Of a stretch of DNA of 64,000 nucleotides, positions 28,889 to 40,035 are shown piece by piece. A program made the position numbers and the translations under genes. This DNA is from a virus (Duplodnaviria; Caudoviricetes), in IMG/VR virus record IMGVR_UViG_3300040856_002888, positions 53,598 to 117,597 of that record; one strand, written 5' to 3'. The notes under the pieces were generated by a model that was given only the letters and a program-made list of their open reading frames with translations, ran no database searches and was not told the origin of the DNA. Every line of letters begins with the position of its first letter. Position 1 is the stretch's first letter.

Positions 28889-30322
28889 TTGTGCGGAATA
28901 GTAGGAATATTTTCCTTCGATAAAGACAGAAACGTTGTACCTGAACTTGTAAAAGCATTAATGGATTTACAAAATAGGGGACAACTAAGTGCTGGCATTA
29001 CTACATACAACGAAAACCGCAAACGCATCTTACAAACCTACAAAGACAACGGAAAAGTAGACGATGTTTTCCGTACCAACCATAAAGAAAAACTCCAACA
29101 TATAAAAAACACCTACGCAGGTAACATTGGCATTGGTCATGTCCGCTATGCTACTAGTGGAGATGACTCCGACACACTTGCACAACCTTTTGAGCGCCCG
29201 CATGGCAGATTATCAAAATGGTTTAGTATTGCATATAATGGTAATCTAGCAAATTACAGCACACTAAAATCGCAGCTAGAGTCAGTAGGCTATAACATGA
29301 CCTACGACAGTGACACGGAAGTTATCATGCATTATCTCAGCAGAGAAATGCAAACTAAGACTCCTACTGATGCACTAAACTTTGAAGAAATACTGCGAAA
29401 ATTAGATGGTGAGTTTGATGGTGCTTGGAACCTGTGTTTCCTTAATGCACAGGGTAGATTTTTTGCCAGCAGAGATAAGCACGGATTCCATCCACTAGTT
29501 TATGGCATGACAAAAGACTATCTTGTAGTTGCAAGCGAGAGTTCTGTACTAGATAATTTACAAATAAAATCATTTGATGTTCCGCCAGGATGTGCAATTA
29601 GTGTAGATATGCCAAACAAATGGTGGCACATACATAAATTTGCAGAAGCTGAGAAAAAACACTGTTTCTTTGAATATATATATTTTGGAAACAGTGGAAG
29701 TAAGATGGATGATGTTAGCTTATATCATACACGCACTGCAATAGGAGAGGCGCTTGCACAGGAAGAAACAGAATTTTATGATCCGTTTGATCAAGTTGTA
29801 GTACCTGTGCCTGAAACAAGTTTTATTGCAGCAAATAGTTACGCAAATAGCTTGCGATTACCTTACGAACAAGCTATAATAAAAAATCATCAAATAGGAA
29901 GAACGTTTATCGAAAGCAAAGATCGTCGTGAACGTGTAAAGATGAAATTTAGTTTTATTAAAGAAGTGCTTAAAGGTAAAACTGTATTCCTAGTTGACGA
30001 CAGCATAGTAAGGGGTAGCACACTAAAGGAATTAGTTGCGATACTAAAAGATTGGTGCGAAGTAAGAGAAGTACACATAAGGATAGGATGTCCGCCTATT
30101 ATCAAACCATGTTATTATGGTATAGATTTTCCAACAGAACAGGAGTTATATGCAGGAAATACTGCCCCTAGTGCTGACGATTTCAATGCTGATAGTCTGC
30201 ATTATCTTACTTTACAAGGGCTTATGAACAGCATTAGGAAAAAACAAGATCAATTATGCTCTGCTTGTATTACAGGCGAGTACCCAACACCTTACGGAAT
30301 TACGAGGATAAATGCACAATAG
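28889..30322 (+). CDS. purF: Amidophosphoribosyltransferase (Fe-S type)
   Basis: N-terminal MCG nucleophile, GHVRYAT, CFFEYIYF, VDDSIVRG, PCYYGID, LCSAC. Confidence 0.96.
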   Translation: MCGIVGIFSFDKDRNVVPELVKALMDLQNRGQLSAGITTYNENRKRILQTYKDNGKVDDVFRTNHKEKLQHIKNTYAGNIGIGHVRYATSGDDSDTLAQPFERPHGRLSKWFSIAYNGNLANYSTLKSQLESVGYNMTYDSDTEVIMHYLSREMQTKTPTDALNFEEILRKLDGEFDGAWNLCFLNAQGRFFASRDKHGFHPLVYGMTKDYLVVASESSVLDNLQIKSFDVPPGCAISVDMPNKWWHIHKFAEAEKKHCFFEYIYFGNSGSKMDDVSLYHTRTAIGEALAQEETEFYDPFDQVVVPVPETSFIAANSYANSLRLPYEQAIIKNHQIGRTFIESKDRRERVKMKFSFIKEVLKGKTVFLVDDSIVRGSTLKELVAILKDWCEVREVHIRIGCPPIIKPCYYGIDFPTEQELYAGNTAPSADDFNADSLHYLTLQGLMNSIRKKQDQLCSACITGEYPTPYGITRINAQ

Positions 30323-31601
30323 ATATACTGATCAAGAAATGGCTAGTATTTGGAGTGAGCAAGAAAAATACGAAACTTGGTTTGAAGTTGAACATAAAGT
30401 TTGTGAGATTTATGCAGACCTAGGTAAAATTCCTTATGCTACTCCCAAGACAATGGAAAGCCTACGTGAATCATGTTTTGCCGGAGATTTTGTAGGTAAG
30501 ATTGAAGAAATTGAGCGTGTTACAAAACATGATATTATAGCTTTCCTTACTCATTTATCAAACGTTATTGGAGAACCTGCAAAACACATACATTACGGAA
30601 TGACAAGCCAAGATCTTATTGATACAGCCCAAGCAATATTGGTAAAAAGATCTATCTTGTTAATCCTTAATAGACTGTCTGATCTCAAAGCTGCAATAAA
30701 AGAAAAAGCTGTCCTATACAAGCAAACAATTTGCATGGGTAGGTCACACGGTGTACACGCAGAGCCAATGACATTTGGATTAAAACTGTTAACACATTAT
30801 GCAGGATTTGATCGTTGTGCTAAAGCACTTTGGAGAGACTTACCCGAACTGGTAAGGATTAAATGCAGTGGTGCAATTGGAACATACAGCATGATTGATC
30901 CCCAGATAGAAACTACACTCTCGAGCAAACTAGGAATTCCTGCAGAAGACATCTCAACACAAGTCGTACCTAGAGATAGGCTAGCACTGTTATTCAGTCA
31001 TCTAAGCATCACGGCAAGTTGCATTGAGAGACTAGCAGTAGAAATTAGACATCTACAAAGGACAGAAGTGGGCGAAGTGATTGAAAGCTTTACACCTGGA
31101 CAAAAAGGATCCAGCGCAATGCCACACAAGAAAAATCCTATACTAACAGAAAATTTAACAGGATTAGCTAGGGCAGTCCGTATGAGCTTGACACCGGCTA
31201 TGGAGAATGTAGCACTGTGGCACGAACGAGACATTAGCCACAGCAGTTTAGAACGTATTGCACTACCTGATACGTTTACACATCTTAGTTTTGCATTGGA
31301 TCGTTTAACAGATGTTGTTAATCGTATGTATGTAAATACTGATCGTATGCGAGACAATGTTTGGTCACAAGGAGGAACATTCTTTTCACAACGTATCCTG
31401 CTTGCATTGATTGACAAAGGTATGACACGAGAAGATGCGTACAAGATTGTACAAGAAGCAGCTCATAATAACACTGATAATTTTAGATATGCTATTATGA
31501 GTAAAGACCTATTTTCAAAAGAAGAATTAAACGAATATTTTGGTTTAACACAATACACAAAGAATGTAGATTATATTTTTAACAAAGTTTTACAGGAGTA
31601 A
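30312..31601 (+). CDS. purB: Adenylosuccinate lyase
   Basis: [38 protein letters not shown]. Confidence 0.96.
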   Translation: MHNRYTDQEMASIWSEQEKYETWFEVEHKVCEIYADLGKIPYATPKTMESLRESCFAGDFVGKIEEIERVTKHDIIAFLTHLSNVIGEPAKHIHYGMTSQDLIDTAQAILVKRSILLILNRLSDLKAAIKEKAVLYKQTICMGRSHGVHAEPMTFGLKLLTHYAGFDRCAKALWRDLPELVRIKCSGAIGTYSMIDPQIETTLSSKLGIPAEDISTQVVPRDRLALLFSHLSITASCIERLAVEIRHLQRTEVGEVIESFTPGQKGSSAMPHKKNPILTENLTGLARAVRMSLTPAMENVALWHERDISHSSLERIALPDTFTHLSFALDRLTDVVNRMYVNTDRMRDNVWSQGGTFFSQRILLALIDKGMTREDAYKIVQEAAHNNTDNFRYAIMSKDLFSKEELNEYFGLTQYTKNVDYIFNKVLQE

Positions 31602-31603
31602 TA

Positions 31604-32092
31604 ATGGCCGATGTTGCAATAGTAATGGGTAGTATTAGTGATTGGGATGTAATGAAGGCAGCATGTGATGTGCTTGAAGAATATGGAGTAAGCTACGACA
31701 AACGTATTTTATCCGCACACCGCACACCACTTGAAATGATTGAATATAGTAAAAATGCAAAAGCAAATGGGTTTAAGGTTGTTATTGCCGGAGCAGGGGG
31801 AGCAGCACACCTACCAGGTATGTTTGCCGCAATGACAACCCTTCCTGTTATCGGAGTTCCAATCCGTACTAGCACAGCAGAAGGATTAGATAGTTTATTA
31901 AGCATCGTACAGATGCCACGTGGAGTACCTGTTGCTACAGTAGCAATTGGTAATAGTACAAATGCAGCACTATTAGCTTGTGAAATCTTAGCTTTATCAA
32001 ACAACGAACTAAGCGATAAGATTGTTGCAGCTCGTGCAAAAAGAGAAGCAGAAGTAAAGGCATTAAATGACACCGCTTGGGACAACTCTTAA
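31604..32092 (+). CDS. purE: N5-CAIR mutase (class I PurE)
   Basis: [33 protein letters not shown]. Confidence 0.96.
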   Translation: MADVAIVMGSISDWDVMKAACDVLEEYGVSYDKRILSAHRTPLEMIEYSKNAKANGFKVVIAGAGGAAHLPGMFAAMTTLPVIGVPIRTSTAEGLDSLLSIVQMPRGVPVATVAIGNSTNAALLACEILALSNNELSDKIVAARAKREAEVKALNDTAWDNS

Positions 32093-33431
32093 ACATCTTA
32101 ACCCCTGTCACGGTCGAGGTAAACGAATTATCGTCATAGGCGACGGTGGCAGGGAAGATGCGTTACGTTGGAAATTAGAAAAACACGATCATTGTATCGT
32201 GGAGGGGTTAGCTGATTTAACAGTAGTGGGACCGGAGAAAGAAATAGCAGGAGGCATTGCTGATAGGCATGCACATAAACATATTGTAGCACCGTCACAG
32301 CTTGCTGCTAGATTAGAAAGCAGCAAGCTGTGGGCTAAACAGTTTATGCAAAGGCATGATATACCTACTGCTAGATGGATGACATATACAAGGAGTCCAG
32401 ACGGTATGAATCAGGCTATTTTTGATATGGATAATATGCGTGATGACCATACACCTGTAGTAATTAAGGAAGACGGTCTTTGCGGAGGAAAAGGAGTAAT
32501 TATTGCGAAATCTAAACAAGAAGCTTGGAGCCATCTTCCACATATTTTTACTAACAATGTTTTTAATTCCCCTTCTAATAAAGTACTATTCGAAGATTTT
32601 ATTGAAGGATTTGAAGCGAGTTGTTTTGTTATGTCAGACGGAGAAAATTATAAAATGCTTCCGTTCTGCAAAGACCACAAACGATTAGGGGACGGAGATA
32701 CTGGACCTAATACAGGAGGTATGGGTGCTTATTGTCCGCATCCAGGCATAGACGAAAAACTAGCAAAAGAAATAGAAACAAAAATTGTTTTTCCAACATT
32801 AAATGGAATGCGACTAGAAGGATTGCGATACAAAGGCATCCTTTATGTTGGCTTGATGATCTCAAAAGATGGCCCTTATGTAATTGAGTACAATGTTAGA
32901 TTTGGTGACCCAGAGTGTCAAGTATTAATGATGTTAATGGAAGATGATTTATATCCATACTTAGAAGCAATCACAAATGGAACATTAGATAAATTACCAG
33001 AGCCTAAATTTAAAACAGGTGCTGCTGTAACTGTTACACTATGTTCACAGGGTTATCCCCGAGACTATGTTACAGGACATGAAATTACTGGATTAAACGA
33101 TCTTGATGATGTAGTAGTTTTCCACGCTGGTACCGAATTGAATGAGAACACTGGCAAGTATAAAACAACCGGAGGCAGGGTATTAAACGTTACTGCAGTA
33201 GGCGAAACCGTTGACCAAGCTAGCGAAAAAGTATATAATGCTATTAACAAGATCAATTTTGCAAATATGATTTACAGGACTGATATAGGAAAAAATGAAG
33301 AAAGTAACAATACAGACAAAGCTGCGAAGTGGAATCAAAGACGTAGAGGGAGAAACAATACTGAACAGTGTAGGAAAAAGTTCAAAAATCACTCACATTT
33401 CCGTAGGGCAGATCTTTTATCTAGAAGTTGA
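32067..33431 (+). CDS. purD: Phosphoribosylamine-glycine ligase (C-terminal extension overlaps purS)
   Basis: [46 protein letters not shown]. Confidence 0.95.
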   Translation: MTPLGTTLKHLNPCHGRGKRIIVIGDGGREDALRWKLEKHDHCIVEGLADLTVVGPEKEIAGGIADRHAHKHIVAPSQLAARLESSKLWAKQFMQRHDIPTARWMTYTRSPDGMNQAIFDMDNMRDDHTPVVIKEDGLCGGKGVIIAKSKQEAWSHLPHIFTNNVFNSPSNKVLFEDFIEGFEASCFVMSDGENYKMLPFCKDHKRLGDGDTGPNTGGMGAYCPHPGIDEKLAKEIETKIVFPTLNGMRLEGLRYKGILYVGLMISKDGPYVIEYNVRFGDPECQVLMMLMEDDLYPYLEAITNGTLDKLPEPKFKTGAAVTVTLCSQGYPRDYVTGHEITGLNDLDDVVVFHAGTELNENTGKYKTTGGRVLNVTAVGETVDQASEKVYNAINKINFANMIYRTDIGKNEESNNTDKAAKWNQRRRGRNNTEQCRKKFKNHSHFRRADLLSRS

Positions 33432-33510
33432 GGATGATGTTGACATACATGATATTGCTAAAAATATCTTTGTCAACGAATTACTATATGACTACACTAT
33501 AGATGCGTAA
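33295..33510 (+). CDS. purS: FGAM synthase subunit PurS
   Basis: [13 protein letters not shown]...VG...N pattern; size and context. Confidence 0.75.
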   Translation: MKKVTIQTKLRSGIKDVEGETILNSVGKSSKITHISVGQIFYLEVEDDVDIHDIAKNIFVNELLYDYTIDA

Positions 33511-34213
33511 AATTTTAATATTAGGCTGTAGCCATTCTTTAGGAAGTTTTAAACCCTCTGGTACAAATGAAGAATACCTTGCACATGAATATGGCTGGTG
33601 GTCATTTGTAGACTCGATACAAGACGATAAAAAAATTATTTTCGCAGGTGCCGGACTTAGTTGGATGTTTTGGAGTTACCTAATTTATAGTAAGTTTGTA
33701 AATATAAATGATTATGACTTTTGTATTATTCAAGACACCGCAAATGGTAGAATGTCATTGCTAGATGTTAATTGGAAAAATAAATTAAAAATTAAAAGTC
33801 TAAGTAAAAACATAGAATGGCATGGATTATTGCATCCAAGTGAAAGCAACATTATTATCAATAATGCTAATGCTATGATTAATATTATTAGAAAATTTTC
33901 ACTTACAAAAAAGTTAGAAACATTGTATAAATTTTGTGAAGCTATAATAAATTCTCCAACTAATGATTTAGCTTATATTACTCACCGTAATTGGCTGCTT
34001 GAGAAATTTCAACAGCAAAAAATTCCTGTTTTTATTTTCAATATGGAACAGGATAATATTGATTCAATACCGTATGGTCAAAAACTTGGTTGCAACGGTT
34101 TTATCTATAGATTAAGACAATATAGAACATTTCACAGCGGTCACTTTACAGAAATAGGAAACCAAAAAGTTGGAAACGCTGTGAATAAAGAATTGAGTAA
34201 TTATGTTAACTAA
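33503..34213 (+). CDS. SGNH-hydrolase-like hypothetical protein inserted in the pur cluster
   Basis: ILGCSHS near N-terminus; GHF..GN near C-terminus; AT-rich. Confidence 0.55.
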   Translation: MRKILILGCSHSLGSFKPSGTNEEYLAHEYGWWSFVDSIQDDKKIIFAGAGLSWMFWSYLIYSKFVNINDYDFCIIQDTANGRMSLLDVNWKNKLKIKSLSKNIEWHGLLHPSESNIIINNANAMINIIRKFSLTKKLETLYKFCEAIINSPTNDLAYITHRNWLLEKFQQQKIPVFIFNMEQDNIDSIPYGQKLGCNGFIYRLRQYRTFHSGHFTEIGNQKVGNAVNKELSNYVN

Positions 34214-35795
34214 AGAAGAAGAAAAATTAATTGAAAATAGGATATGGCGTAAACCCTTTCCAACTGAACAAGCTGTTTTTGATGCTATGTGGAGCGAACA
34301 CTGTAGCTATAAAACAAGCAAACCGCACTTAAAAAGGTTGTACACAGATAACAAATACGTTTTCTCTGGTCCTGGTGAAAATGCTGGTGTAATCAGCATA
34401 GGCGGTTCGGATAGGATTGCATTTAAAATGGAGTCACACAATCATCCTAGTTATATTGAGCCGTTCCAAGGTGCAGCAACAGGTGTAGGTGGCATACTAC
34501 GAGATATATTTACAATGGGTTTTAGACCAATTGCATTAACTAACAATTTATTCTTTGGTGATCCTGCACTATCAGCTGATCCTAAACGTGTAATGGATGG
34601 TGTAATAAAAGGTTTAACACATTATGGTAATTGTGTTGGTGTGCCAACAGTTAGTAGTAAAATTTTATTCCATAAAAGTTATGAAAAAAACCCACTTGTA
34701 AATGCAATGGCCGTAGGTCATACACGAGGTCCTATGTTAAAATGTGGAGCAAAAGATCCAGGCAAGCTCTTATATGTAGGTGCGAAAACAGGTCGTGATG
34801 GCATTGGCGGTGCAGTAATGGCCAGTGATAGCTTTACAGATGGGGTAGACTTACGCCCTACTGTACAAGTAGGAGATCCATATTTAGAAAAATTATTAAT
34901 AGAAGCCTGTCTTGAACTAGCTGAAACAGGGCATGTAATTGCAGCACAAGATATGGGCGCAGCAGGACTTACAAGTTCAGTAACAGAAATAGGCATTAAA
35001 GGTGGATCTGCAACATTTCAAGGAAAATGTGGTATCGAACTAGATCTAGACAAAGTACCATTGAGAGAATCAGGAATGGAAGCATGGGAAATACTGTTAA
35101 GTGAGTCTCAAGAGCGTATGCTGTTTGTTGTACACGAATGGGGTATAGAAGAAGCAAAAGCAATTTTCCGTAAATGGGATTTAGATTGTGTTGAAATTGG
35201 TCATTTGACAGAAGATGGAAATTTTGTAGTTTACAAAGATAGCAAAGTTTGCTGTAATTTTCCACTTAGTGCCTTAGAATACCCAGAGCTAGAAAGACCG
35301 TGGACTCCTCGATTTAATCGTGCAGAAATACAATCAGAGTACAGGTATGTTACCGAAAACGTAGTATCACAATTTGATAGTGAAGTTCAAGGAAATACTA
35401 TAAAAGGTATACGTGATGAAGTTGCCGTAATAGAAATCCCTAAGAAAGACAAACGTGGTAAGGATAAACGTATTGCTATATATACAGATAGCTTTCCCTA
35501 CCACAGTTTTGTAAATCCAGATCAGGGTGCTGAATTTTGTATAAGCTCCATTTATGATAAATTAGTTAATGTAGGAGCCAAACCTATTGCACTAACAAAC
35601 TGTTTAAATTTTGGCAATCCAGAAAATCCGGAAATCATGTTTGAATTTAAAGAAACAATAGACGGAATGGCCAGGATTTGTGAAAAACTTGACTTTCCTA
35701 TCGTTAGTGGCAATGTTAGTTTTTACAATGAAACTTCAGGACAAAATATTTTACCAACTCCAGTATTTGGAGCAATTGGACTAATGGAGCACTAA
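34203..35795 (+). CDS. purL: FGAM synthase subunit PurL (short form)
   Basis: WSEHCSYK, ESHNHPS, GRDGIGGA, DMGAAG, SESQERM, VSGNVSFYN. Confidence 0.95.
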   Translation: MLTKEEEKLIENRIWRKPFPTEQAVFDAMWSEHCSYKTSKPHLKRLYTDNKYVFSGPGENAGVISIGGSDRIAFKMESHNHPSYIEPFQGAATGVGGILRDIFTMGFRPIALTNNLFFGDPALSADPKRVMDGVIKGLTHYGNCVGVPTVSSKILFHKSYEKNPLVNAMAVGHTRGPMLKCGAKDPGKLLYVGAKTGRDGIGGAVMASDSFTDGVDLRPTVQVGDPYLEKLLIEACLELAETGHVIAAQDMGAAGLTSSVTEIGIKGGSATFQGKCGIELDLDKVPLRESGMEAWEILLSESQERMLFVVHEWGIEEAKAIFRKWDLDCVEIGHLTEDGNFVVYKDSKVCCNFPLSALEYPELERPWTPRFNRAEIQSEYRYVTENVVSQFDSEVQGNTIKGIRDEVAVIEIPKKDKRGKDKRIAIYTDSFPYHSFVNPDQGAEFCISSIYDKLVNVGAKPIALTNCLNFGNPENPEIMFEFKETIDGMARICEKLDFPIVSGNVSFYNETSGQNILPTPVFGAIGLMEH

Positions 35796-36403
35796 TGTAT
35801 ACTGTAGGAGTAATTATATTTCCAGGCAGCAATTGTGATGCAGAAACTGTTGATTTTTTAAACACTTACACTGGATTACGGGTAAACAGGATTTGGCACA
35901 AAGATACAAACATTAAAATGCATGACATGTATATATTTCCGGGTGGATTTAGCTACGGTGATTATATGCGAGCAGGTAAACTTGCTACATTCAGTCCTGC
36001 AATTACAGAAATAGAGAGGCATATCAGATTGTATGAAAAGAAAGCACTAGGAATTTGTAATGGTTTCCAAATACTATGTGAATTAGATTTACTTCCTGGT
36101 ACATTAAGGCAAAATGAGAACTTGCAATTTATCTGTAAACCTGTTACTATATACAATGAAGACGAAGAGTATAAGGTTCCGATTGCCCACGGTATGGGCA
36201 ATTACTATCACCCACATCCAGAGTTAGTAAATGTCGCATATAGATATTCTGATAATCCAAATGGTAGTACAAATAATATTGCTGGGGTTTATAATCACCG
36301 CGGAAATGTCCTCGGACTAATGCCTCATCCTGAAAGAGCATTTAAACATTATCACGTTAGCCAAGATGGTTACAAGATACTAGAAAATTTTGCAAAGAGA
36401 TAA
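35795..36403 (+). CDS. purQ: FGAM synthase glutaminase subunit PurQ
   Basis: FPGSNCD, PGGFSYGDY, GICNGFQ, MPHPER. Confidence 0.96.
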   Translation: MYTVGVIIFPGSNCDAETVDFLNTYTGLRVNRIWHKDTNIKMHDMYIFPGGFSYGDYMRAGKLATFSPAITEIERHIRLYEKKALGICNGFQILCELDLLPGTLRQNENLQFICKPVTIYNEDEEYKVPIAHGMGNYYHPHPELVNVAYRYSDNPNGSTNNIAGVYNHRGNVLGLMPHPERAFKHYHVSQDGYKILENFAKR

Positions 36404-36404
36404 T

Positions 36405-36917
36405 ATGATAAAAGAATCATTATCAAAACCACATAAATTTACAGATTTTGTAAATTTCAAATATGTAGTTGATCGTAAGGGAGAAAGACTAACCCTTAGG
36501 ACAACAGGTAAAAAATTACCAAAAGGGATATATCAACTATATTTGCCATCATTTGGAATCTTTTATGTTGGCATTAGTTATACCGATAATAGTAATGGAA
36601 TTGTAAATCGTTTTTTGGCTCATGCCCAGAAATTGACAGGAGCTTTTAAAGGTGCAAAAGATACACGTGAATTTAAGCGTTTTAGGAATTTACTTGAAGC
36701 ATCTGGTAACGATTTAAGAACTATACTTAGCCATGTATCTGTGTATTTTATCCCTTGTCCAAAAATGAAAACTAAAGAAATTGAAGCATGGGAGACAATT
36801 ATTTTTAATTCTTTAAAAAACAAAGGACAAGCTATTTGTAATAGTGCTAAAAAAGTCGAATTAATGGATAAAGAAACTATAGACTATATTCTAAATCAAA
36901 AATATTTAAATGACTAA
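36405..36917 (+). CDS. GIY-YIG-family nuclease-like protein
   Basis: GIY..(10)..YVG, RF..H, later E and N. Confidence 0.6.
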   Translation: MIKESLSKPHKFTDFVNFKYVVDRKGERLTLRTTGKKLPKGIYQLYLPSFGIFYVGISYTDNSNGIVNRFLAHAQKLTGAFKGAKDTREFKRFRNLLEASGNDLRTILSHVSVYFIPCPKMKTKEIEAWETIIFNSLKNKGQAICNSAKKVELMDKETIDYILNQKYLND

Positions 36918-37707
36918 AGAAGAAGAGAAAAAAATTATAGATGAAATTTGTGAAATAACTGCATCAGATTTGGATATTTATGAGAGAAAACCTATGACAA
37001 AACGAAAATTTAGAGTGGTTGGTGAAAGATACGGTGGTGAACTTACTGTTGGCACTGTGAGTGCAGAGTTTGTAAGATATTGGCAAGACAAAGATACTGA
37101 TGATTTACAACAGCATTTATTAGGATTAGAATGGCAAGAAGAAGATAATATTGATCCAGATAGTCCTCCTGTTTTAGATGATGGGGAAGAATTTGTAGCT
37201 TGGAACGAAGTTGATGATTTAGAACACCTAACAGGCTATGCCGCTGACAGTAGGTTTATTGTTTCAGAGATAACTGATCGAAATGATGATTGGGCGTATG
37301 ATGAAAACGAAATAGAATTTTCTCCATATCCATTGAACAGTAGAGAATGTTATGCTGATGAAACGGAGCCTGAGAATCCACCAGAAGATGCTGAGTATAT
37401 TCCAGTATTGATGTGGTACAGTGCTGAAAAAGGAAATTTTGGTACTTGGTTTGTTGAAACTGATGGAGAAGATTTTAACCCCAAAAAGTTTGCAATTAGT
37501 TATATTGAAACTAATCTAGGCGAAATGGTTGAATTAGCTTACTACGACAAAGTTCCAATTGATTGTGAATATGATTTTGCTGAGTCTGTTGGCAAAGGAT
37601 ACTATGCATTTGTAGGTTGGATGAATAAGAAATGGCATGATACTGAGTACTTTATTGGTAATGATGAAGTTTGGGAAGGTTACGAAGATAACTTGCGAGA
37701 AGAATAA
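36910..37707 (+). CDS. Acidic hypothetical phage protein
   Basis: Long ORF; YGGE, S.EKG.F motifs. Confidence 0.6.
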   Translation: MTKEEEKKIIDEICEITASDLDIYERKPMTKRKFRVVGERYGGELTVGTVSAEFVRYWQDKDTDDLQQHLLGLEWQEEDNIDPDSPPVLDDGEEFVAWNEVDDLEHLTGYAADSRFIVSEITDRNDDWAYDENEIEFSPYPLNSRECYADETEPENPPEDAEYIPVLMWYSAEKGNFGTWFVETDGEDFNPKKFAISYIETNLGEMVELAYYDKVPIDCEYDFAESVGKGYYAFVGWMNKKWHDTEYFIGNDEVWEGYEDNLREE

Positions 37708-38312
37708 TGGATTATGATAAATCAAAAGTAATTTTAGCACTTGATAATTATTCTGTACCAATGGCAGAAGAAATTATCAGTAGATGGCAAAGTGAAGTGT
37801 GGGGATTTAAATTAAATCACAACCTCTACCCTTATATTGGTAAAAATTATAATAACATATTTTGTGATTATAAGCTGTATGACATTCCTAACACCATGTG
37901 CGGAGTATTAGATAGATTAGTTGACGATGGATGTGAGATGGTAACTGTCCATATGACTAATAATAAAGCTGCGATCGAAAGTCTTAGGAAATATGCGGAC
38001 AAAATTAAACTGTTAGGTGTGAGTGTTTTGACTAGTTGGAATTTTGCGGATATCGACAAGGTTTTTAGGTCATCTGTAGAAGACATATACTCTCGAACAA
38101 TATGGCTAATGGAAGACAATGGATTTTATGGAATGATATGTTCAGCCCAAGATTTACAATATCTTCCGAAAACTGAGCTAAAGAAAATTTGTCCAGGAAT
38201 TAGACATAATACGATCGCAGATGATCAAATAAGGATTGCAACTCCACAAGAGGCGTATGACTTAGGAGCAGATTACATTGTAATGGGGAGGAGCTTCTTT
38301 GAAAACGCATAA
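37707..38312 (+). CDS. pyrF: Orotidine 5'-phosphate decarboxylase
   Basis: ALD, DYKLYDIPNT (DxKxxD), VLTS, PGIR, DQ.R..TP, GADYIVMGR. Confidence 0.92.
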   Translation: MDYDKSKVILALDNYSVPMAEEIISRWQSEVWGFKLNHNLYPYIGKNYNNIFCDYKLYDIPNTMCGVLDRLVDDGCEMVTVHMTNNKAAIESLRKYADKIKLLGVSVLTSWNFADIDKVFRSSVEDIYSRTIWLMEDNGFYGMICSAQDLQYLPKTELKKICPGIRHNTIADDQIRIATPQEAYDLGADYIVMGRSFFENA

Positions 38313-38574
38313 ACTAATGCCTATGATTTTGCGAGGATTTTTTAGTTATTTGCCGTTTACAGCAATTACAATTTCAAAGGATACTGCTTGGTACATTGAC
38401 TATAAATCTCTTGACAACGAAAATTTACGCAAGCATGAAGAAGCGCACATGGCACAGTTTGAACAGCATGGTTGGTTTAAATTTGTTCTAAAATATTTTT
38501 ACTACAGTTGTAGATACGGTTATTGGGATAATCCTTTCGAGGTTGAAGCAAGAAATGCCACTATACGAAAATAA
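38299..38574 (+). CDS. Small HExxH protein (DUF4157-like)
   Basis: HEEAH..Q, NPFEVEA. Confidence 0.65.
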   Translation: MKTHKLMPMILRGFFSYLPFTAITISKDTAWYIDYKSLDNENLRKHEEAHMAQFEQHGWFKFVLKYFYYSCRYGYWDNPFEVEARNATIRK

Positions 38575-39229
38575 TAAAACAGAAGAAGATCTAGCACTTT
38601 ATGTTGGCTGCGATTGTTATGATCCTAGCCATGCTGTTCATCTTAGTAGATTTGCAGAAGATGAACTTTTATGTGATCAACTATATCTCACATTTGTTAA
38701 TCAACCCATGTCTTTCATTGAAAAGTGTAAGGCAATGTGGCAGCTAATAAGACACAACACATTTCATCATAATGAAATTGTATTAAACAGAGAAACATGG
38801 CTAGAACTGGCAAACGTATTAGCGCAGGCATCTTTACGTAGGGTAAATAACATACAAGGAGATGAAATGGCTGATAAGATATTAAATCTAACACAACATG
38901 AAGCAACACAAACACAACTAGATTTAGGAGTGTTTGAGCCAGAGAACAAACAACAAGTTCGAAATCTATTAACATTTGAAGAACCGCCTAATCATAAAGA
39001 TATGGTTAGAAGGGCAAAAGAACTTGCAGAAATTTGTCGTAAACACGGTGCAACCCGTGCAATGATAGGAGGAGCAGGTTATTTTATGGGTACATTAGAA
39101 TACGTCCTTAGAGAAGAAGGAGTAATAGGTATGCATTCTTTCACAAAAAGGGTTGTATATGAAACAGATAATGGCGACGGTACAACAACTAAACAATCAG
39201 AATTTGTGCATACTGGATGGGTTAGGTAA
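38555..39229 (+). CDS. Hypothetical protein; possibly two domains with an internal start at 38867
   Basis: AAGGAG precedes in-frame ATG 38867 (MADKILNLTQH..AMIGGA). Confidence 0.55.
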   Translation: MPLYENNKTEEDLALYVGCDCYDPSHAVHLSRFAEDELLCDQLYLTFVNQPMSFIEKCKAMWQLIRHNTFHHNEIVLNRETWLELANVLAQASLRRVNNIQGDEMADKILNLTQHEATQTQLDLGVFEPENKQQVRNLLTFEEPPNHKDMVRRAKELAEICRKHGATRAMIGGAGYFMGTLEYVLREEGVIGMHSFTKRVVYETDNGDGTTTKQSEFVHTGWVR

Positions 39230-39232
39230 GCA

Positions 39233-40024
39233 TTGTTAGATCACGTTAATATTGCTCGATTTATTTCTTCTTACGAATCAAAATATAATCTTTCGATACA
39301 AGAGTTTCTTACCGAATCTGATAGAAAAGAAATAATAGGGTTAAAATTAATTAGAGGAAAAAATCACATTTTTGATTTTGCTACAAATGATATCAAAACA
39401 TTTTTAGAGAAAAAAGTTAAAAAATATCTTCACGAAGATTTATTAGTTTCGCATACTTGTATACTTAAACTTATAAATCCTGCTCCTCCGCATATAGATG
39501 GACATTTTCCTTTTTATGTCCATTATAATAAGATTTATTGTATTATAAAAGTTTTCATTGTTCCTCTTGCTTTTGATACTGATCTAGATGCCACAGCGAT
39601 TGAAACAGGTATAGTTACATTCAAACAACATTATTGTAAACCAAGAGCTGCAGGCTATGAATTTCTTAATCTTTTTTTACAAGATAATTTAGCATTTGAA
39701 AACTTTTCTTTTGTTGATCAATCTAATTTACCGTTGACAAAACACTCAAATTTTTATGCAGATAAAAGTATTTTTAAATACTTAAACTCAGAAAAAATAA
39801 AGCAAGGTTTAGATATTGATAGAATTTCTTATCTAAAACTGGGAGATTTATCAACTTTAAACCCTTATCAAGTTCACTGTTCTACTGATTTTGAAGATAA
39901 ATTTTCTTCCAAGTATGTCTTACGTTTTGCTATTTCGAAACTGTATAATAAAAATTTATTAAAAGATTTTGCTATTACCAATGATCCGCATCAGTTGTTA
40001 TTGATGCTAAAAAGTAATTTTTAA
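39233..40024 (+). CDS. AT-rich hypothetical protein (possible oxygenase-like HxD...H)
   Basis: PHID...QVHCS. Confidence 0.45.
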   Translation: MLDHVNIARFISSYESKYNLSIQEFLTESDRKEIIGLKLIRGKNHIFDFATNDIKTFLEKKVKKYLHEDLLVSHTCILKLINPAPPHIDGHFPFYVHYNKIYCIIKVFIVPLAFDTDLDATAIETGIVTFKQHYCKPRAAGYEFLNLFLQDNLAFENFSFVDQSNLPLTKHSNFYADKSIFKYLNSEKIKQGLDIDRISYLKLGDLSTLNPYQVHCSTDFEDKFSSKYVLRFAISKLYNKNLLKDFAITNDPHQLLLMLKSNF

Positions 40025-40035
40025 GGAGTAATGAA

